Below the pieces are notes generated by a model, which saw only the letters and a program-made list of their open reading frames with translations, had not been told where the DNA came from and ran no database searches. Below are positions 46,095-56,654 of a DNA stretch of 64,000 nucleotides, piece after piece. The stretch comes from Candidatus Cloacimonadales bacterium (GTDB lineage: Bacteria; Cloacimonadota; Cloacimonadia; Cloacimonadales; JAFGVF01), in NCBI GenBank assembly GCA_963662585.1, contig OY759729.1:2080001-2144000 (forward strand). Reading direction: 5' to 3'. Position 1 is the stretch's first letter; each line of letters starts with the position of its first letter. The translations under genes and the position numbers were made by a program.

Positions 46095-47216
46095 ATGTCT
46101 GAACTAAAGCCCTTTATAAATATTAGCCCAGGTGATTTAATAAGAGAAGAATTAGAGTTTTATGATATGTGTCAAAAGGATTTAGCTAATATTATAGATA
46201 TTTCCGAGAAGCACCTTAGTAAAGTCGTTAACGGTAAGGTTAATATCAGCAATAATATTGCCAAGTCATTATCCCAAGTGTTCAAGCAATCCCCTGAATT
46301 CTGGCTAAAGGCTGATTATGATTACCATCAACTTAAAATGGATCGTATAGAAGAAAAGAATAGAGAAGAACTTGTCGAGTTGAAGGCACTAATATATAAA
46401 TACATGCCTATTACTCAGATGTATAAACTAGGTTGGTTATCTAAATGCAATGATTTTGATAGTTTATTACAAGAAATTTGTTCTTTTTGGAGAATTGATA
46501 CCCCGAACTTTGATTTTCTGGAGAATGATGGTCAGTTTTACTTTCATAAAAGATCAGACGGAACGACTTTCAACTTCAACTATTATTATTCAAAAGTTTG
46601 GTTGCAAAAAGCAAGGCTCATTTCAGAAAATTTGGATCTTCCTAAATATGATAAAAGTAGATTATCTACCATATTCGATAACTTAGATAGTTATACCAAT
46701 ATTGATGATGGGATTTCACAGATTATTAATGATTTAAAAGATGCAGGTGTAGGCTTCTTTATATTACCTCATTTACAGAAAACTTACCTTGATGGAGCTT
46801 GCTTCAAACAGAATAAAAATCCGATACTTGTTTATACTGGCAGGTTTAATAGAAATGATAACTTTTGGTTTGTTTTAGGTCACGAAATAGCCCATATTTT
46901 ATATCACCTAAATAGTGAGACAGAAGTTTTTTTAGAAGAAAGTGATGATAAGGAAGGAGCTTATTTGAGTAAATTAGAAACAGAAGCAAATAATTACTCC
47001 CAAAGTAAATTAAAAGCCACAGAAATATTAGACTATTTTAAAGATGATGTTAAAGTTAATAAAAACATGATATTAGCCTGTGCTAATCAATTTAATATTC
47101 ACCCTGGTTTAGTAGTTGGTTTTCTGCAATTTAACAATAAATTAGGGTGGGGAACCAATCTAAATCAACTTAAATTTAAGGTTATTGAATTTATAGATAG
47201 ACAATATAAATATTAA
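46095..47216 (+). CDS. higA: HigA antitoxin HTH fused to an IrrE/ImmA-type metallopeptidase
   Basis: PGDLIREEL...QKDLA...PEFWL HTH; R.DNFWFVLGHEIAH and E.EAN. Confidence 0.88.
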   Translation: MSELKPFINISPGDLIREELEFYDMCQKDLANIIDISEKHLSKVVNGKVNISNNIAKSLSQVFKQSPEFWLKADYDYHQLKMDRIEEKNREELVELKALIYKYMPITQMYKLGWLSKCNDFDSLLQEICSFWRIDTPNFDFLENDGQFYFHKRSDGTTFNFNYYYSKVWLQKARLISENLDLPKYDKSRLSTIFDNLDSYTNIDDGISQIINDLKDAGVGFFILPHLQKTYLDGACFKQNKNPILVYTGRFNRNDNFWFVLGHEIAHILYHLNSETEVFLEESDDKEGAYLSKLETEANNYSQSKLKATEILDYFKDDVKVNKNMILACANQFNIHPGLVVGFLQFNNKLGWGTNLNQLKFKVIEFIDRQYKY

Positions 47217-47263
47217 TACTATAATAATCCTAATCAGCCTCTGTATAATCTGGGTTTAGCCTT

Positions 47264-48226
47264 CTATTTTGGATTAATCTCCTTAACATCATCTCTTCTT
47301 TGAACAACTCGAAGAGCTTTTTTTTCTATTAATTGATCTAATAATTCTGCAGTAATTCTAGATTTTCCATTTCTTAGGGGGAATTTTCTATCATTCTCTA
47401 ATTCTGGGGGGATATCCTTTTTCTGGCAGGTAGCTACTAGGATTGGTAAAATTGGTATTTCAATGATTTTCAATTTACTTTTATTAGTTAGGACAAATTT
47501 AAAAAGAAAAGCTTTAATCTCATTGTCTAAATCTTTATAGACGATTAAAGCTTGGTAGTAATCTTTTACTCCAAAGCTAATGCTTATACTTAAAATTGTT
47601 CTTATCTTTACGGAGTTAAAACAATCATTAATTTTGCAGTCTTGTAAAGAATTTATAAAACAATCTACTTGATTATCTTCTATTGATTTTTTAAATTTTT
47701 GGACAGTATAATAGATAGCGTTATGCATCTTAGTGCCAGCAATCGAGGGTGCAAAAAAATTCTCTTTCATTCTATGAAAAAGTAACATTTCTTGTGTTAA
47801 ACGGTAAATTCTTGTCTTAAGCTTTTTCAATTCAATTTTATAATTCCGAGCTATTTCCGAGAGGGTTAAATGTTCTAAATAATAGTTTTGTAAAATGATT
47901 TTATCCTTGTTAGAAAGAAAATCATAAGAATTAATATCAATATCTTGTTCGATATATTCGGGACTATTATCAGGATAGCCCTCTAATATCATTGGATCAA
48001 GATTTATCTCTTGGTCAATTTGCTTATCTTTCATTCTCTTTAAACAAAAATTCTTGGTAACTGTAAACAGCCAATTATCTGTTTTGGCTGAATCTATTCG
48101 ATTCTCGTTCAGGAAAAACTGAATAGCAGTTAACTGAGCCATCTCCTGGACTGTATCTTGGTCTGAAAAAAAACGATTAGCTACCTGTTTTGAATATTTT
48201 AGCACTTTTTCATAATTAATATCCAT
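47264..48226 (-). CDS. ECF-type sigma70 factor with C-terminal extension
   Basis: Region 2 (QEMAQ..WLFTVTKNFCL), region 4 (LS.KDK..L..YY..LTLSEIA..KTRIYR) and about 170 extra residues. Confidence 0.78.
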   Translation of the reverse strand: MDINYEKVLKYSKQVANRFFSDQDTVQEMAQLTAIQFFLNENRIDSAKTDNWLFTVTKNFCLKRMKDKQIDQEINLDPMILEGYPDNSPEYIEQDIDINSYDFLSNKDKIILQNYYLEHLTLSEIARNYKIELKKLKTRIYRLTQEMLLFHRMKENFFAPSIAGTKMHNAIYYTVQKFKKSIEDNQVDCFINSLQDCKINDCFNSVKIRTILSISISFGVKDYYQALIVYKDLDNEIKAFLFKFVLTNKSKLKIIEIPILPILVATCQKKDIPPELENDRKFPLRNGKSRITAELLDQLIEKKALRVVQRRDDVKEINPK

Positions 48227-48336
48227 TAGACTACACCCCTACAAATTATTTGAAGACAATGTTTTATGAGATTTTCAATGAAAGGTTTCCATTTTTGACT
48301 CTATATTAGTAGAGAAGCTTAATTTAGGAGAAAGCT

Positions 48337-48543
48337 ATGAAATGGAAACTTATTCTTTTATTAATGATATTAATTTTCAATATCAAAATATTTAGTCAAG
48401 AGTTTTATCAAGGTTATCGAGTTGTTTCGTGGGAAGAGATTCAAGGCATGGACTATTCAATTATTAGAGATGCTGATGGACATGATATAGTTCACTTAGA
48501 GGAAACAGGTGAAATAGTAGTAGTTGTTGTATTTGAGTCATAG
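48337..48543 (+). CDS. small secreted peptide (68 aa)
   Basis: AGGAGA RBS, Sec signal MKWKLILLLMILIFNIKIFS, acidic mature part, IVVVVVFES C-terminus. Confidence 0.7.
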   Translation: MKWKLILLLMILIFNIKIFSQEFYQGYRVVSWEEIQGMDYSIIRDADGHDIVHLEETGEIVVVVVFES

Positions 48544-48858
48544 AACCTGAAATACTTTTAGTAATCAAACATATAATAATTATTTGTAATATTAAGGAGG
48601 TACTTATGGTGTAAAAGAAATTAATAAAAATATTTGTATTTAGTTTTAATAATGAAGAGCTGAAGGGAATAATAAAATATAAGTAAGTAGATATTAAAAT
48701 TATGCTGGACAAATTGTATAGGATCAATATTAATAAAATATGTGTATTATCTTATTAATTCTTTACAAGTCTGAATCATTATATCTACTAAAACATAATT
48801 ATTTAAAAGATAATTAAATGTGTAGTCAAAAAAAATTTATGTCTTTAAAGGAGATAAA

Positions 48859-51800
48859 ATGAAGAAACTCTTTTTTACTTGTTTCTTAATAGGTTTTACT
48901 TTCTGCTCGGTGTTAGCAGTAAACCAATATGAAAATACTGATTTTGGATATGTCAGATTTGATGAAGTTAATAGTTTACCAAGAGCTATTTTTAACATTA
49001 ATGATTCACGTTATTCAGGAAGCCCTACTGAAATAGCAGAGGCTTATATTGCCGATAATTCTTATATCCTATTTAAAAATAGTAAACCGGAACTTGTGCT
49101 TTATAAAGAAATAACTGATTCACCAGCTGGTGCAAAAATAACTTTCCAACAATATGAAAAAGGAGTACCTGTTGTTGGTGCATTTACCACTGTAAGTATA
49201 GATAAGACTGGTACCGTGACTATGCTAGTCAATGAGTATATCCCAGATATTGAAATCAACACTACACCAGTAATCTCTGCCTCAAACGCCAGTATAATTG
49301 CAGAGGAAATATATAAAAATGATATTTTAAAAGTATCTACTGAAAAGCTAGTTGTTATTAATGAGAATAATGTATCTTTACTTACATGGAGATTTTATAT
49401 GAGATTTGAGGAAGAAGGTTCTCATATAATATATATTGATGCAAATAATGGACAAATTATAAGAAATGATTCTGCTGAAATTGGATCAGGCTATGTTTTC
49501 GACCCAGATCCGTCAACACAGTTGGGATATTATGTTGATGATTATGGAGATACAGATGACCCTGTATTTGCTAATTGCTACACAGATGTCGACTTACCAA
49601 ATATTGATCCATCTGTTAATGGTTTATATAAACTTCGTGGTGCATACGCTTATTCTGATGATATTACTGCGCCTAATGACCCTATTACTTATGAAAATAC
49701 TAATGATTTCTACTATAATAGGAGTGAAAATGGATTCGAAGAGGCTAGTGTATATTATGTAATAAATAAAGAAGTTTCAAAAGCAAGAGCTCTTGGATTT
49801 ATCCCATTGTGGGAAGTTGATCCTGTATTACAAATAACCGATTCTGAAGAAACTTTAGCTTTTGATGCACATGGAGAGGTAATACATAACGCTCATTATG
49901 TCTGTGATGAAAAGTACATGAAATTTGGAGCACCTACTGATGCTATTGATTTAGCAGAAGATCTGAGTATTGTCTGTCACGAATTTGGTCATGCTCTTCA
50001 TGATGCCATGGTCCCAGGAGGTTTTGCATCTTCAGGACATATTGAAGATCCGGATTTTTTGAGATTTGTTGAGGGCTTTGGAGATTATTATGCCATCTCT
50101 CGCAGAAGAGAAGCCGAAGAACGAATAGGGCTAGGCTATTTTATGCCTAATCAAGTTTCCAATTTTGCTTATCCCAACTTGAGAGTATCTGTATTGCCCC
50201 CAGACATTGCAAATTATTCAGATAGTTGGTGGGATGATGAGTACATGAACTTTTATCCTAAAGGAGCTGCCTTTTGTTCAACTTTGATGGATTTGGAATA
50301 TAATGTGGGTACTGATCCATCTCAGGGTAGGAGGTTAGATCAAGGAGTTGTTACAACATTAGTTTTGGCAACATTCCAATCTGTAGGTGTTACTTTAAGT
50401 ATTGATGATTTCCTTTATGCAATGATTGAGAATGATTTCAGTATTTATGGTGGAGTTCATTCAAGTACAATATTTGAAGTATTTTCGACACGATTACCAG
50501 ACCCTTGCTATCTTTTATCACAAGATATAACTTCTACTAATTATCTAAACGGATATGTTATTGTGAATTCTGATATTAGCATTATAGATGCTTCCCTTAG
50601 TATAGGGTCACATACAAAAGTCTTGCTGAATGGGACACTAAACATAGAACAAGAAAGCTCTTTTTCACTTGGAAGCTCTTCTACAGTTTATTTCTTTGAT
50701 AGGGATGAAATTTATGTTGATGAGAGTAGTACGGTTATCTTTGGTGAAAATACTAAGATTATTGGTAAATATTCTACAGTCTTCAAGGACCCCCCTTTTG
50801 TTCCTGAAGAAATTCCTGGTAATAAAATTAAAATTTATGGTGATATATATATTGAAGGGTCTGTTACTTTTACAACTGATTCACCGAATCTCGCATATCC
50901 TCCTGATTCTGATTTTTCCTGGGATGGGCTTGAACTATATAATAATAGTAATGATGTCGTTGTATTTAATGATGTTTCCTTTAATAATTGTAAGCTCTCC
51001 AGTGAGAGACGCTCAATAGAGATTTATGACTCTGCATTTGAAAATTCATCTATCAGCACAAGCCTTGCGGATGTTACAATAGAAGATACTTATATTGATG
51101 GCTATATTAGTAGTAAAGGACCACTTTTTACTTTCTCTGGAGATCCAGGTGTTGTATTCAATGTTTTAAACTGTAATATTGAGGGATATCATTCTGGGAT
51201 TTCTTTGAATGGAAATCATACCTATACGATTTCTTTATCAGGAATTTCCAATAATGAGGCAGATGGTATCAGTATCTCTGAATCAAGAAAGCCTGGTTCA
51301 AGTATAAATAATTGTTATATTAATAATAATAATGGAGCTGGTGTTAGGTTTTACTCCTCTGTTGGAGATTTAAATTCAAATAACATTAGTAATAATGTTA
51401 GAGGAGTTGCAATAATTAGGAATTCAACTGTAGAAATGAAAAAAATTGGAAATACTGATCAAGTAATAACTAATAATACATTGGAAAATATAAGTTTCTT
51501 AGATGATTGCACTGTTTCACTTGCCGCAAATAGGAATAAAATTATTAATCCAGGTACTTACAACATGATTTGCCCTAATTTATCAACAACAAGGGATTTT
51601 AACTACAATATGTGGGATACAAATGGATACCCTAATGCTAACTTGTTTTATCCTCCTATTATTGATCCTGTTCAAAATGAAATAGGATATATTCTCACAG
51701 AAATTTGGGAAGGAGATAATGTTGATCATTCAGCAGGCCTAGTAAAAAGTATTTTTGATCAAGGTGTTAATGCCTTGAAAACTGAAAATTATGACATCGC

Positions 51801-52548
51801 TGAACTTAAATTTAAAGAGATAATTGAAGAGTATCCTGAGTCTCAGTATCTTTATGGTAGTGCAAAAAATCTTTTACAACTTGAAGACGATTATGATGAC
51901 TTAAAAGACTATTTCGCAACCATCGATAACACATCGAACCCTGAGCAAATCTCTAAATACATAAATTACCTTGAATATAATTGTGACTTATTATCAGGAG
52001 ACTTAGTTACTGCTATGGATTATCTTGAGAATATTATTGAAAGTCCAAGTAGTGAAATTGATTCATTGATGGCATATATTGACTTAATGAATCTAGATTT
52101 ATTAACTGGGAATCAAGATTCTTTGAGAAAAGCAACATCTTTCTTTATAGACAATAGTACTGTATATTCCATTGATCATTTTGAACATAAACGAAATAAT
52201 CTAATTGATAATATGTTAAATCTAGATGTGGATGATAATATGCAAGATGAATATTTAGCCTCGATAGTAGAAGCTAAATTTTCAGGTAATTATCCAAATC
52301 CATTTAATCCTGAAACAGCAATTTCCTATACCTTACCTAAACAGGGAAATGTTCAAATATCAATATATAACATTAAAGGTCAAAAAGTTAAAACTCTTGT
52401 TAAAAACAATAGTGATGCTGGAAGATATACGATTGTATGGAATGGTAAAGATACCAACGAGCGTGAAGTAGCCAGTGGTGTTTATCTGTATAGATTAGAA
52501 TTTAATGGAAAAAATGTTGATGTTAAAAAGTGTATTTTAATGAAATAG
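48859..52548 (+). CDS. secreted M4/M36-like zinc metallopeptidase (FTP/PepSY propeptide) with beta-helix, TPR and FlgD-Ig tail
   Basis: F.Q..GVPV, IDANNG.I, HEFGH...EGFGDY, NN-rich beta-helix and YPNPFNP tail. Confidence 0.85.
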   Translation: MKKLFFTCFLIGFTFCSVLAVNQYENTDFGYVRFDEVNSLPRAIFNINDSRYSGSPTEIAEAYIADNSYILFKNSKPELVLYKEITDSPAGAKITFQQYEKGVPVVGAFTTVSIDKTGTVTMLVNEYIPDIEINTTPVISASNASIIAEEIYKNDILKVSTEKLVVINENNVSLLTWRFYMRFEEEGSHIIYIDANNGQIIRNDSAEIGSGYVFDPDPSTQLGYYVDDYGDTDDPVFANCYTDVDLPNIDPSVNGLYKLRGAYAYSDDITAPNDPITYENTNDFYYNRSENGFEEASVYYVINKEVSKARALGFIPLWEVDPVLQITDSEETLAFDAHGEVIHNAHYVCDEKYMKFGAPTDAIDLAEDLSIVCHEFGHALHDAMVPGGFASSGHIEDPDFLRFVEGFGDYYAISRRREAEERIGLGYFMPNQVSNFAYPNLRVSVLPPDIANYSDSWWDDEYMNFYPKGAAFCSTLMDLEYNVGTDPSQGRRLDQGVVTTLVLATFQSVGVTLSIDDFLYAMIENDFSIYGGVHSSTIFEVFSTRLPDPCYLLSQDITSTNYLNGYVIVNSDISIIDASLSIGSHTKVLLNGTLNIEQESSFSLGSSSTVYFFDRDEIYVDESSTVIFGENTKIIGKYSTVFKDPPFVPEEIPGNKIKIYGDIYIEGSVTFTTDSPNLAYPPDSDFSWDGLELYNNSNDVVVFNDVSFNNCKLSSERRSIEIYDSAFENSSISTSLADVTIEDTYIDGYISSKGPLFTFSGDPGVVFNVLNCNIEGYHSGISLNGNHTYTISLSGISNNEADGISISESRKPGSSINNCYINNNNGAGVRFYSSVGDLNSNNISNNVRGVAIIRNSTVEMKKIGNTDQVITNNTLENISFLDDCTVSLAANRNKIINPGTYNMICPNLSTTRDFNYNMWDTNGYPNANLFYPPIIDPVQNEIGYILTEIWEGDNVDHSAGLVKSIFDQGVNALKTENYDIAELKFKEIIEEYPESQYLYGSAKNLLQLEDDYDDLKDYFATIDNTSNPEQISKYINYLEYNCDLLSGDLVTAMDYLENIIESPSSEIDSLMAYIDLMNLDLLTGNQDSLRKATSFFIDNSTVYSIDHFEHKRNNLIDNMLNLDVDDNMQDEYLASIVEAKFSGNYPNPFNPETAISYTLPKQGNVQISIYNIKGQKVKTLVKNNSDAGRYTIVWNGKDTNEREVASGVYLYRLEFNGKNVDVKKCILMK

Positions 52549-52601
52549 ATAATTAAGTTCAGCCCATTAATTTGGGCTGAGCAAAATTTTTAGGAGTTTG
52601 T

Positions 52602-53915
52602 ATGAAATATTTGCTAAGTATCATATTACTAATTTTTACTCTGGCTGGAGAGGCTCTAGATTATCAAAGGATTTCTCCCTTTGCTGAAGATGTTCCTATC
52701 AAGGGTGATTTTGTAAGTCCTAGCCAAGGTTGGGCATTTAAGTATAGTAATGATGAGCTATACAGTGAGGATCTCTATTTCACAGATGATGGCGGAGATA
52801 GCTGGACTATGATTTATTCTTTAGATTATATTTGGGAAAAGTTTGTGGATATACAGATGATTGATAGTCAATTTGGCATGGCGACGGTAAATCTTGCTGG
52901 TGTTGATTACCGGGATTATAGATTAACTTATGATGGCGGTTATACTTGGACCTCAATCATAGATACCCTCCCTGATGGTTTAGAAATTCAGTATATACAA
53001 TTTATTTCCTCTGAGATTGGTTTTATCTGTACCCAGCCTCTAGTTGCTCATGAAAGTATCTCAATATACAAAACCGTTGATTCTGGATTAACTTGGAATC
53101 AATCCCAAAATCCTAATAACTCTATAGGGATGCAGAATATTATGTACTCTCTTGATGAAACCAACATTTGGAGTGGAGGGTATTTATATCCAACGATAGA
53201 TGGAGGTGGACTACATTACTCTAATGACGGTGGTGATTCCTGGCAACTACTCATTGTAACTCAACCAATTTATGATTTAGAAATGGTTACTGCTGAATAT
53301 GGAGCTTATCTTGGAATACATTACTCGGCACAATGGAACAGTTTAGTATTCACTCATGATAATTTTAACACATCTACTTATGTGTATACCGAGAATGACT
53401 TTGCGGATTATTTTTTTGGTTTTTGTTTCCAAAACGAAAGTAATATCTGGGTTGCCTGTAGAATGGGAAAACTCATGCTTAGTGAAAATGGTGGAGCTTC
53501 ATTCCGTGAATATGTAAATCTAAATGATGATTTACTAGATATTGAGTTTTTTAATGATACAGGTTTTGTTTATAGTGTCGATAGTATCTACAAATTGAAT
53601 TATCCTGTTAGTAATAATGATTCTGAACAAATATCAGCAAATGACTATCAACTCACTAACTATCCAAACCCTTTCAATCCTCAGACAACTATTTCATTTG
53701 CTCTTGAGAAAGCTGAGAGTGTGAAGTTGGAAATATTTAATTCTAAAGGGCAAAGAGTAAAAAATCTTTTGAAGAGCAAGCTTCAACCAGGAAAGCATAA
53801 TTATGCATGGGATGGGACAGATAACCATAATAGCAAAGTTAGTTCAGGAGCTTATTTTTATCGGCTTGAAGTTGCCGGAGAAAAACATATTAAACAGTGC
53901 ATATTACTTAAATAA
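52602..53915 (+). CDS. secreted BNR/Ycf48-like beta-propeller protein with FlgD-Ig tail
   Basis: Repeated T.DGG.[ST]W Asp-box motifs and YPNPFNP tail. Confidence 0.85.
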   Translation: MKYLLSIILLIFTLAGEALDYQRISPFAEDVPIKGDFVSPSQGWAFKYSNDELYSEDLYFTDDGGDSWTMIYSLDYIWEKFVDIQMIDSQFGMATVNLAGVDYRDYRLTYDGGYTWTSIIDTLPDGLEIQYIQFISSEIGFICTQPLVAHESISIYKTVDSGLTWNQSQNPNNSIGMQNIMYSLDETNIWSGGYLYPTIDGGGLHYSNDGGDSWQLLIVTQPIYDLEMVTAEYGAYLGIHYSAQWNSLVFTHDNFNTSTYVYTENDFADYFFGFCFQNESNIWVACRMGKLMLSENGGASFREYVNLNDDLLDIEFFNDTGFVYSVDSIYKLNYPVSNNDSEQISANDYQLTNYPNPFNPQTTISFALEKAESVKLEIFNSKGQRVKNLLKSKLQPGKHNYAWDGTDNHNSKVSSGAYFYRLEVAGEKHIKQCILLK

Positions 53916-53924
53916 GGAGAAAAG

Positions 53925-55214
53925 ATGAATAGAATGATCTTAATCTTAGCAGTTATATTAACAACAATCCCGCTATTGGCTACTGAATGGGTAGAAATTG
54001 ACCCTCCAGAGGGGGCAAATGGAGGTCTTAGCTATCAGTTTATTTCTGCAACTGAGGGTTGGGCTTTTAGCTCAAATTATGATGGAACACTGCTCTACCA
54101 CACAAATAACACTGGACAAAGTTGGGAACAGATATATGTAAGTGATCAGTACCAAATAGATGATCTTCAGATGATTGATAACGAAAATGGTTGGGCTATA
54201 CTCTATGGAGCTAATAGTACAAATCTTTTTGCAACAATTAATGGTGGTGAAGACTGGTTTAGAGTTAATGTCCAAGTGCCAATATACGGTCATGTTACTG
54301 CAATGGATTTCTCAGATATGGAGAATGGGCTTATAGCTGGTTTATCTGATGGCATATCATATTTATACAGAACAACAAATGGGGGTTATGATTTTGAGAA
54401 CTTATATGAAATTAATAATAGTTTTGAAGTTAGAAATATTACTTGTCTTGATGAAGTAAATATCTGGGTATCAGGCTCTCTTTTCGATGGGATAGCAATA
54501 TATTCTAGTAATGAAGGTGTTGACTGGGATTTTATTGGTAATTCTATAGAGAACTCTGATTTAAAAAGATTTCACTTCTTAACAGATCAGATTTATGGAT
54601 TCACTGGGAATTTTATTATAGATGGAGACTTTCTTGGTAATATCCTAATTCTAACCGACGATGGTATGGATACTTACACTCTTCTTGATGATTCAGTATT
54701 TGGAGAAAATGTTTATTCTTGCTATTTTATGGATGAACAAACTATCTGGGTTGGAGGTAGTGATAATATGTTTATAAGCACCAATGGTGGAAGAACATTC
54801 TCTATTTATCAGAATTTTGATACAAATATCAAGGATATTACTTTTATTGATTCAACTGGCTTCGCTACTGGTGGCAACGGTTCTCTTTATGTTTACCATC
54901 CAGCTGTTAGTAATGATGAAGCAAGTGTAGAGGTTCCCATCTTGGACTTTAACTGTTATCCTAACCCTTTTAACCCAGAAACAACTATCAGTTTTAATAA
55001 TCCTCAAAATGGAAGAATCAGCTTGTCAATATACAATATCAAAGGACAGTTGGTAAAAACTCTGTTAGATGAAGAGATAGCTGTAGGGACTCATAGTATT
55101 GTCTGGAATGGTACCAACGAAAAAGGTATAAGTGTTACTTCAGGTATCTATTTTGCCAAAATAACTAATACTACTAGTAATAGTTTAACCAAGAAAATGA
55201 TTCTCATGAAATAG
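53925..55214 (+). CDS. secreted BNR/Ycf48-like beta-propeller protein with FlgD-Ig tail, paralog A
   Basis: T.NGG repeats, YPNPFNP tail; duplicated at +1358 bp. Confidence 0.85.
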   Translation: MNRMILILAVILTTIPLLATEWVEIDPPEGANGGLSYQFISATEGWAFSSNYDGTLLYHTNNTGQSWEQIYVSDQYQIDDLQMIDNENGWAILYGANSTNLFATINGGEDWFRVNVQVPIYGHVTAMDFSDMENGLIAGLSDGISYLYRTTNGGYDFENLYEINNSFEVRNITCLDEVNIWVSGSLFDGIAIYSSNEGVDWDFIGNSIENSDLKRFHFLTDQIYGFTGNFIIDGDFLGNILILTDDGMDTYTLLDDSVFGENVYSCYFMDEQTIWVGGSDNMFISTNGGRTFSIYQNFDTNIKDITFIDSTGFATGGNGSLYVYHPAVSNDEASVEVPILDFNCYPNPFNPETTISFNNPQNGRISLSIYNIKGQLVKTLLDEEIAVGTHSIVWNGTNEKGISVTSGIYFAKITNTTSNSLTKKMILMK

Positions 55215-55282
55215 TTGACAGAAAAAGTAGATAAGGAGAAAAACATATTAAACAGTGCATATTACTTAAATAAGGAGAAAAG

Positions 55283-56569
55283 ATGAATAGAATGATCTTA
55301 ATCTTAGCAGTTATATTAACAACAATCCCGCTATTGGCTACTGAATGGGTAGAAATTGACCCTCCAGAGGGGGCAAATGGAGGTCTTAGCTATCAGTTTA
55401 TTTCTGCAACTGAGGGTTGGGCTTTTAGCTCAAATTATGATGGAACACTGCTCTACCACACAAATAACACTGGACAAAGTTGGGAACAGATATATGTAAG
55501 TGATCAGAATCAAATAATAGATCTTCAAATGATTGATAGCCAACATGGTTGGGCTATAATATATAGAGGAATGTCGGTGGACCTTTTTACAACAGCTTCT
55601 GGTGGTGAAGCCTGGTTTAGAGTTGATGTTCAAGTGCCAATCTCCGGTCTTGTTACTACGATGGATTTCTCAGACATGGAAAATGGGCTTATTGCTGGTT
55701 CTTCTGACGGTGTAAAATACGTCTATAGAACAACAAATGGGGGCTACGATTTTGAGGAATTATACCAAACTGATATTAACTTTGTGATTACTGATATTAG
55801 TTGCCTTGGTGAAGATAACATTTGGGTTTTAGGTACCACTTCTGAAGGGATAGCTTTTTACTCTAGCAACGCAGGTGCCGACTGGGTTATCCTTGGTGAT
55901 ACTTTAAGCCATGCAAATACATTAAACTATAATTTTTTTTCAGACCAAGTTTATGGAATTTTAGGAGACTTTACGATATATGAAGATATAATCTTTTATG
56001 CACTAATTCTAACCAACGATGGGATGGATACTTATACTCTTTATGATGATTCAACTTTTGGGGAATATGTTTATTCTTGTTATTTTATGGATGAACAAAC
56101 TATCTGGGTTGGAGGAAGGTTCAATATGTTCATAAGTACTAATGGTGGAAGATCTTTTGCTGTCTATCAGAATTTTGATACAAATATCAAGGATATTACT
56201 TTTATTGATTCAACTGGCTTCGCTACTGGTGGCAACGGTTCTCTTTATGTTTACCATCCAGCTGTTAGTAATGATGAAGCAAGTGTAGAGGTTCCCATCT
56301 TGGACTTTAACTGTTATCCTAATCCCTTTAACCCAGAAACAACTATCAGTTTTAATAATCCTCAAAATGGAAGAATCAGTTTGTCAATATACAATATCAA
56401 AGGACAGCTGGTAAAAACTCTGTTAGATGAAGAGATAGCTGTAGGGACTCATAGTATTGTCTGGAATGGTACCAACGAAAAAGGTAATAGTGTTACTTCA
56501 GGTATCTATTTTACCAAAATAACTACTACTAGTACTAGTTTAACTAAGAAAATGATATTATTGAAATAG
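55283..56569 (+). CDS. secreted BNR/Ycf48-like beta-propeller protein with FlgD-Ig tail, paralog B
   Basis: N- and C-terminal parts nearly identical to 53925-55214, divergent core. Confidence 0.85.
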   Translation: MNRMILILAVILTTIPLLATEWVEIDPPEGANGGLSYQFISATEGWAFSSNYDGTLLYHTNNTGQSWEQIYVSDQNQIIDLQMIDSQHGWAIIYRGMSVDLFTTASGGEAWFRVDVQVPISGLVTTMDFSDMENGLIAGSSDGVKYVYRTTNGGYDFEELYQTDINFVITDISCLGEDNIWVLGTTSEGIAFYSSNAGADWVILGDTLSHANTLNYNFFSDQVYGILGDFTIYEDIIFYALILTNDGMDTYTLYDDSTFGEYVYSCYFMDEQTIWVGGRFNMFISTNGGRSFAVYQNFDTNIKDITFIDSTGFATGGNGSLYVYHPAVSNDEASVEVPILDFNCYPNPFNPETTISFNNPQNGRISLSIYNIKGQLVKTLLDEEIAVGTHSIVWNGTNEKGNSVTSGIYFTKITTTSTSLTKKMILLK

Positions 56570-56599
56570 TTGACAGAAAATGTAGATAAATAGTAATAT

Positions 56600-56638
56600 A
56601 ATACAGAGGGAGGATATCCTCTCTCTGTATTCATTTTA
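56600..56638 (+). terminator. hairpin/terminator between sub-arrays
   Basis: AATACAGAGGGAGG-ATAT-CCTCTCTCTGTATT followed by CATTTT. Confidence 0.55.
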
Positions 56639-56654
56639 ATAACTAGGAGACTTA

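Noticed and set aside
48464..48727. 87-aa minus-strand ORF
   Set aside because: Low-complexity AT-rich shadow overlapping the better-supported peptide gene.
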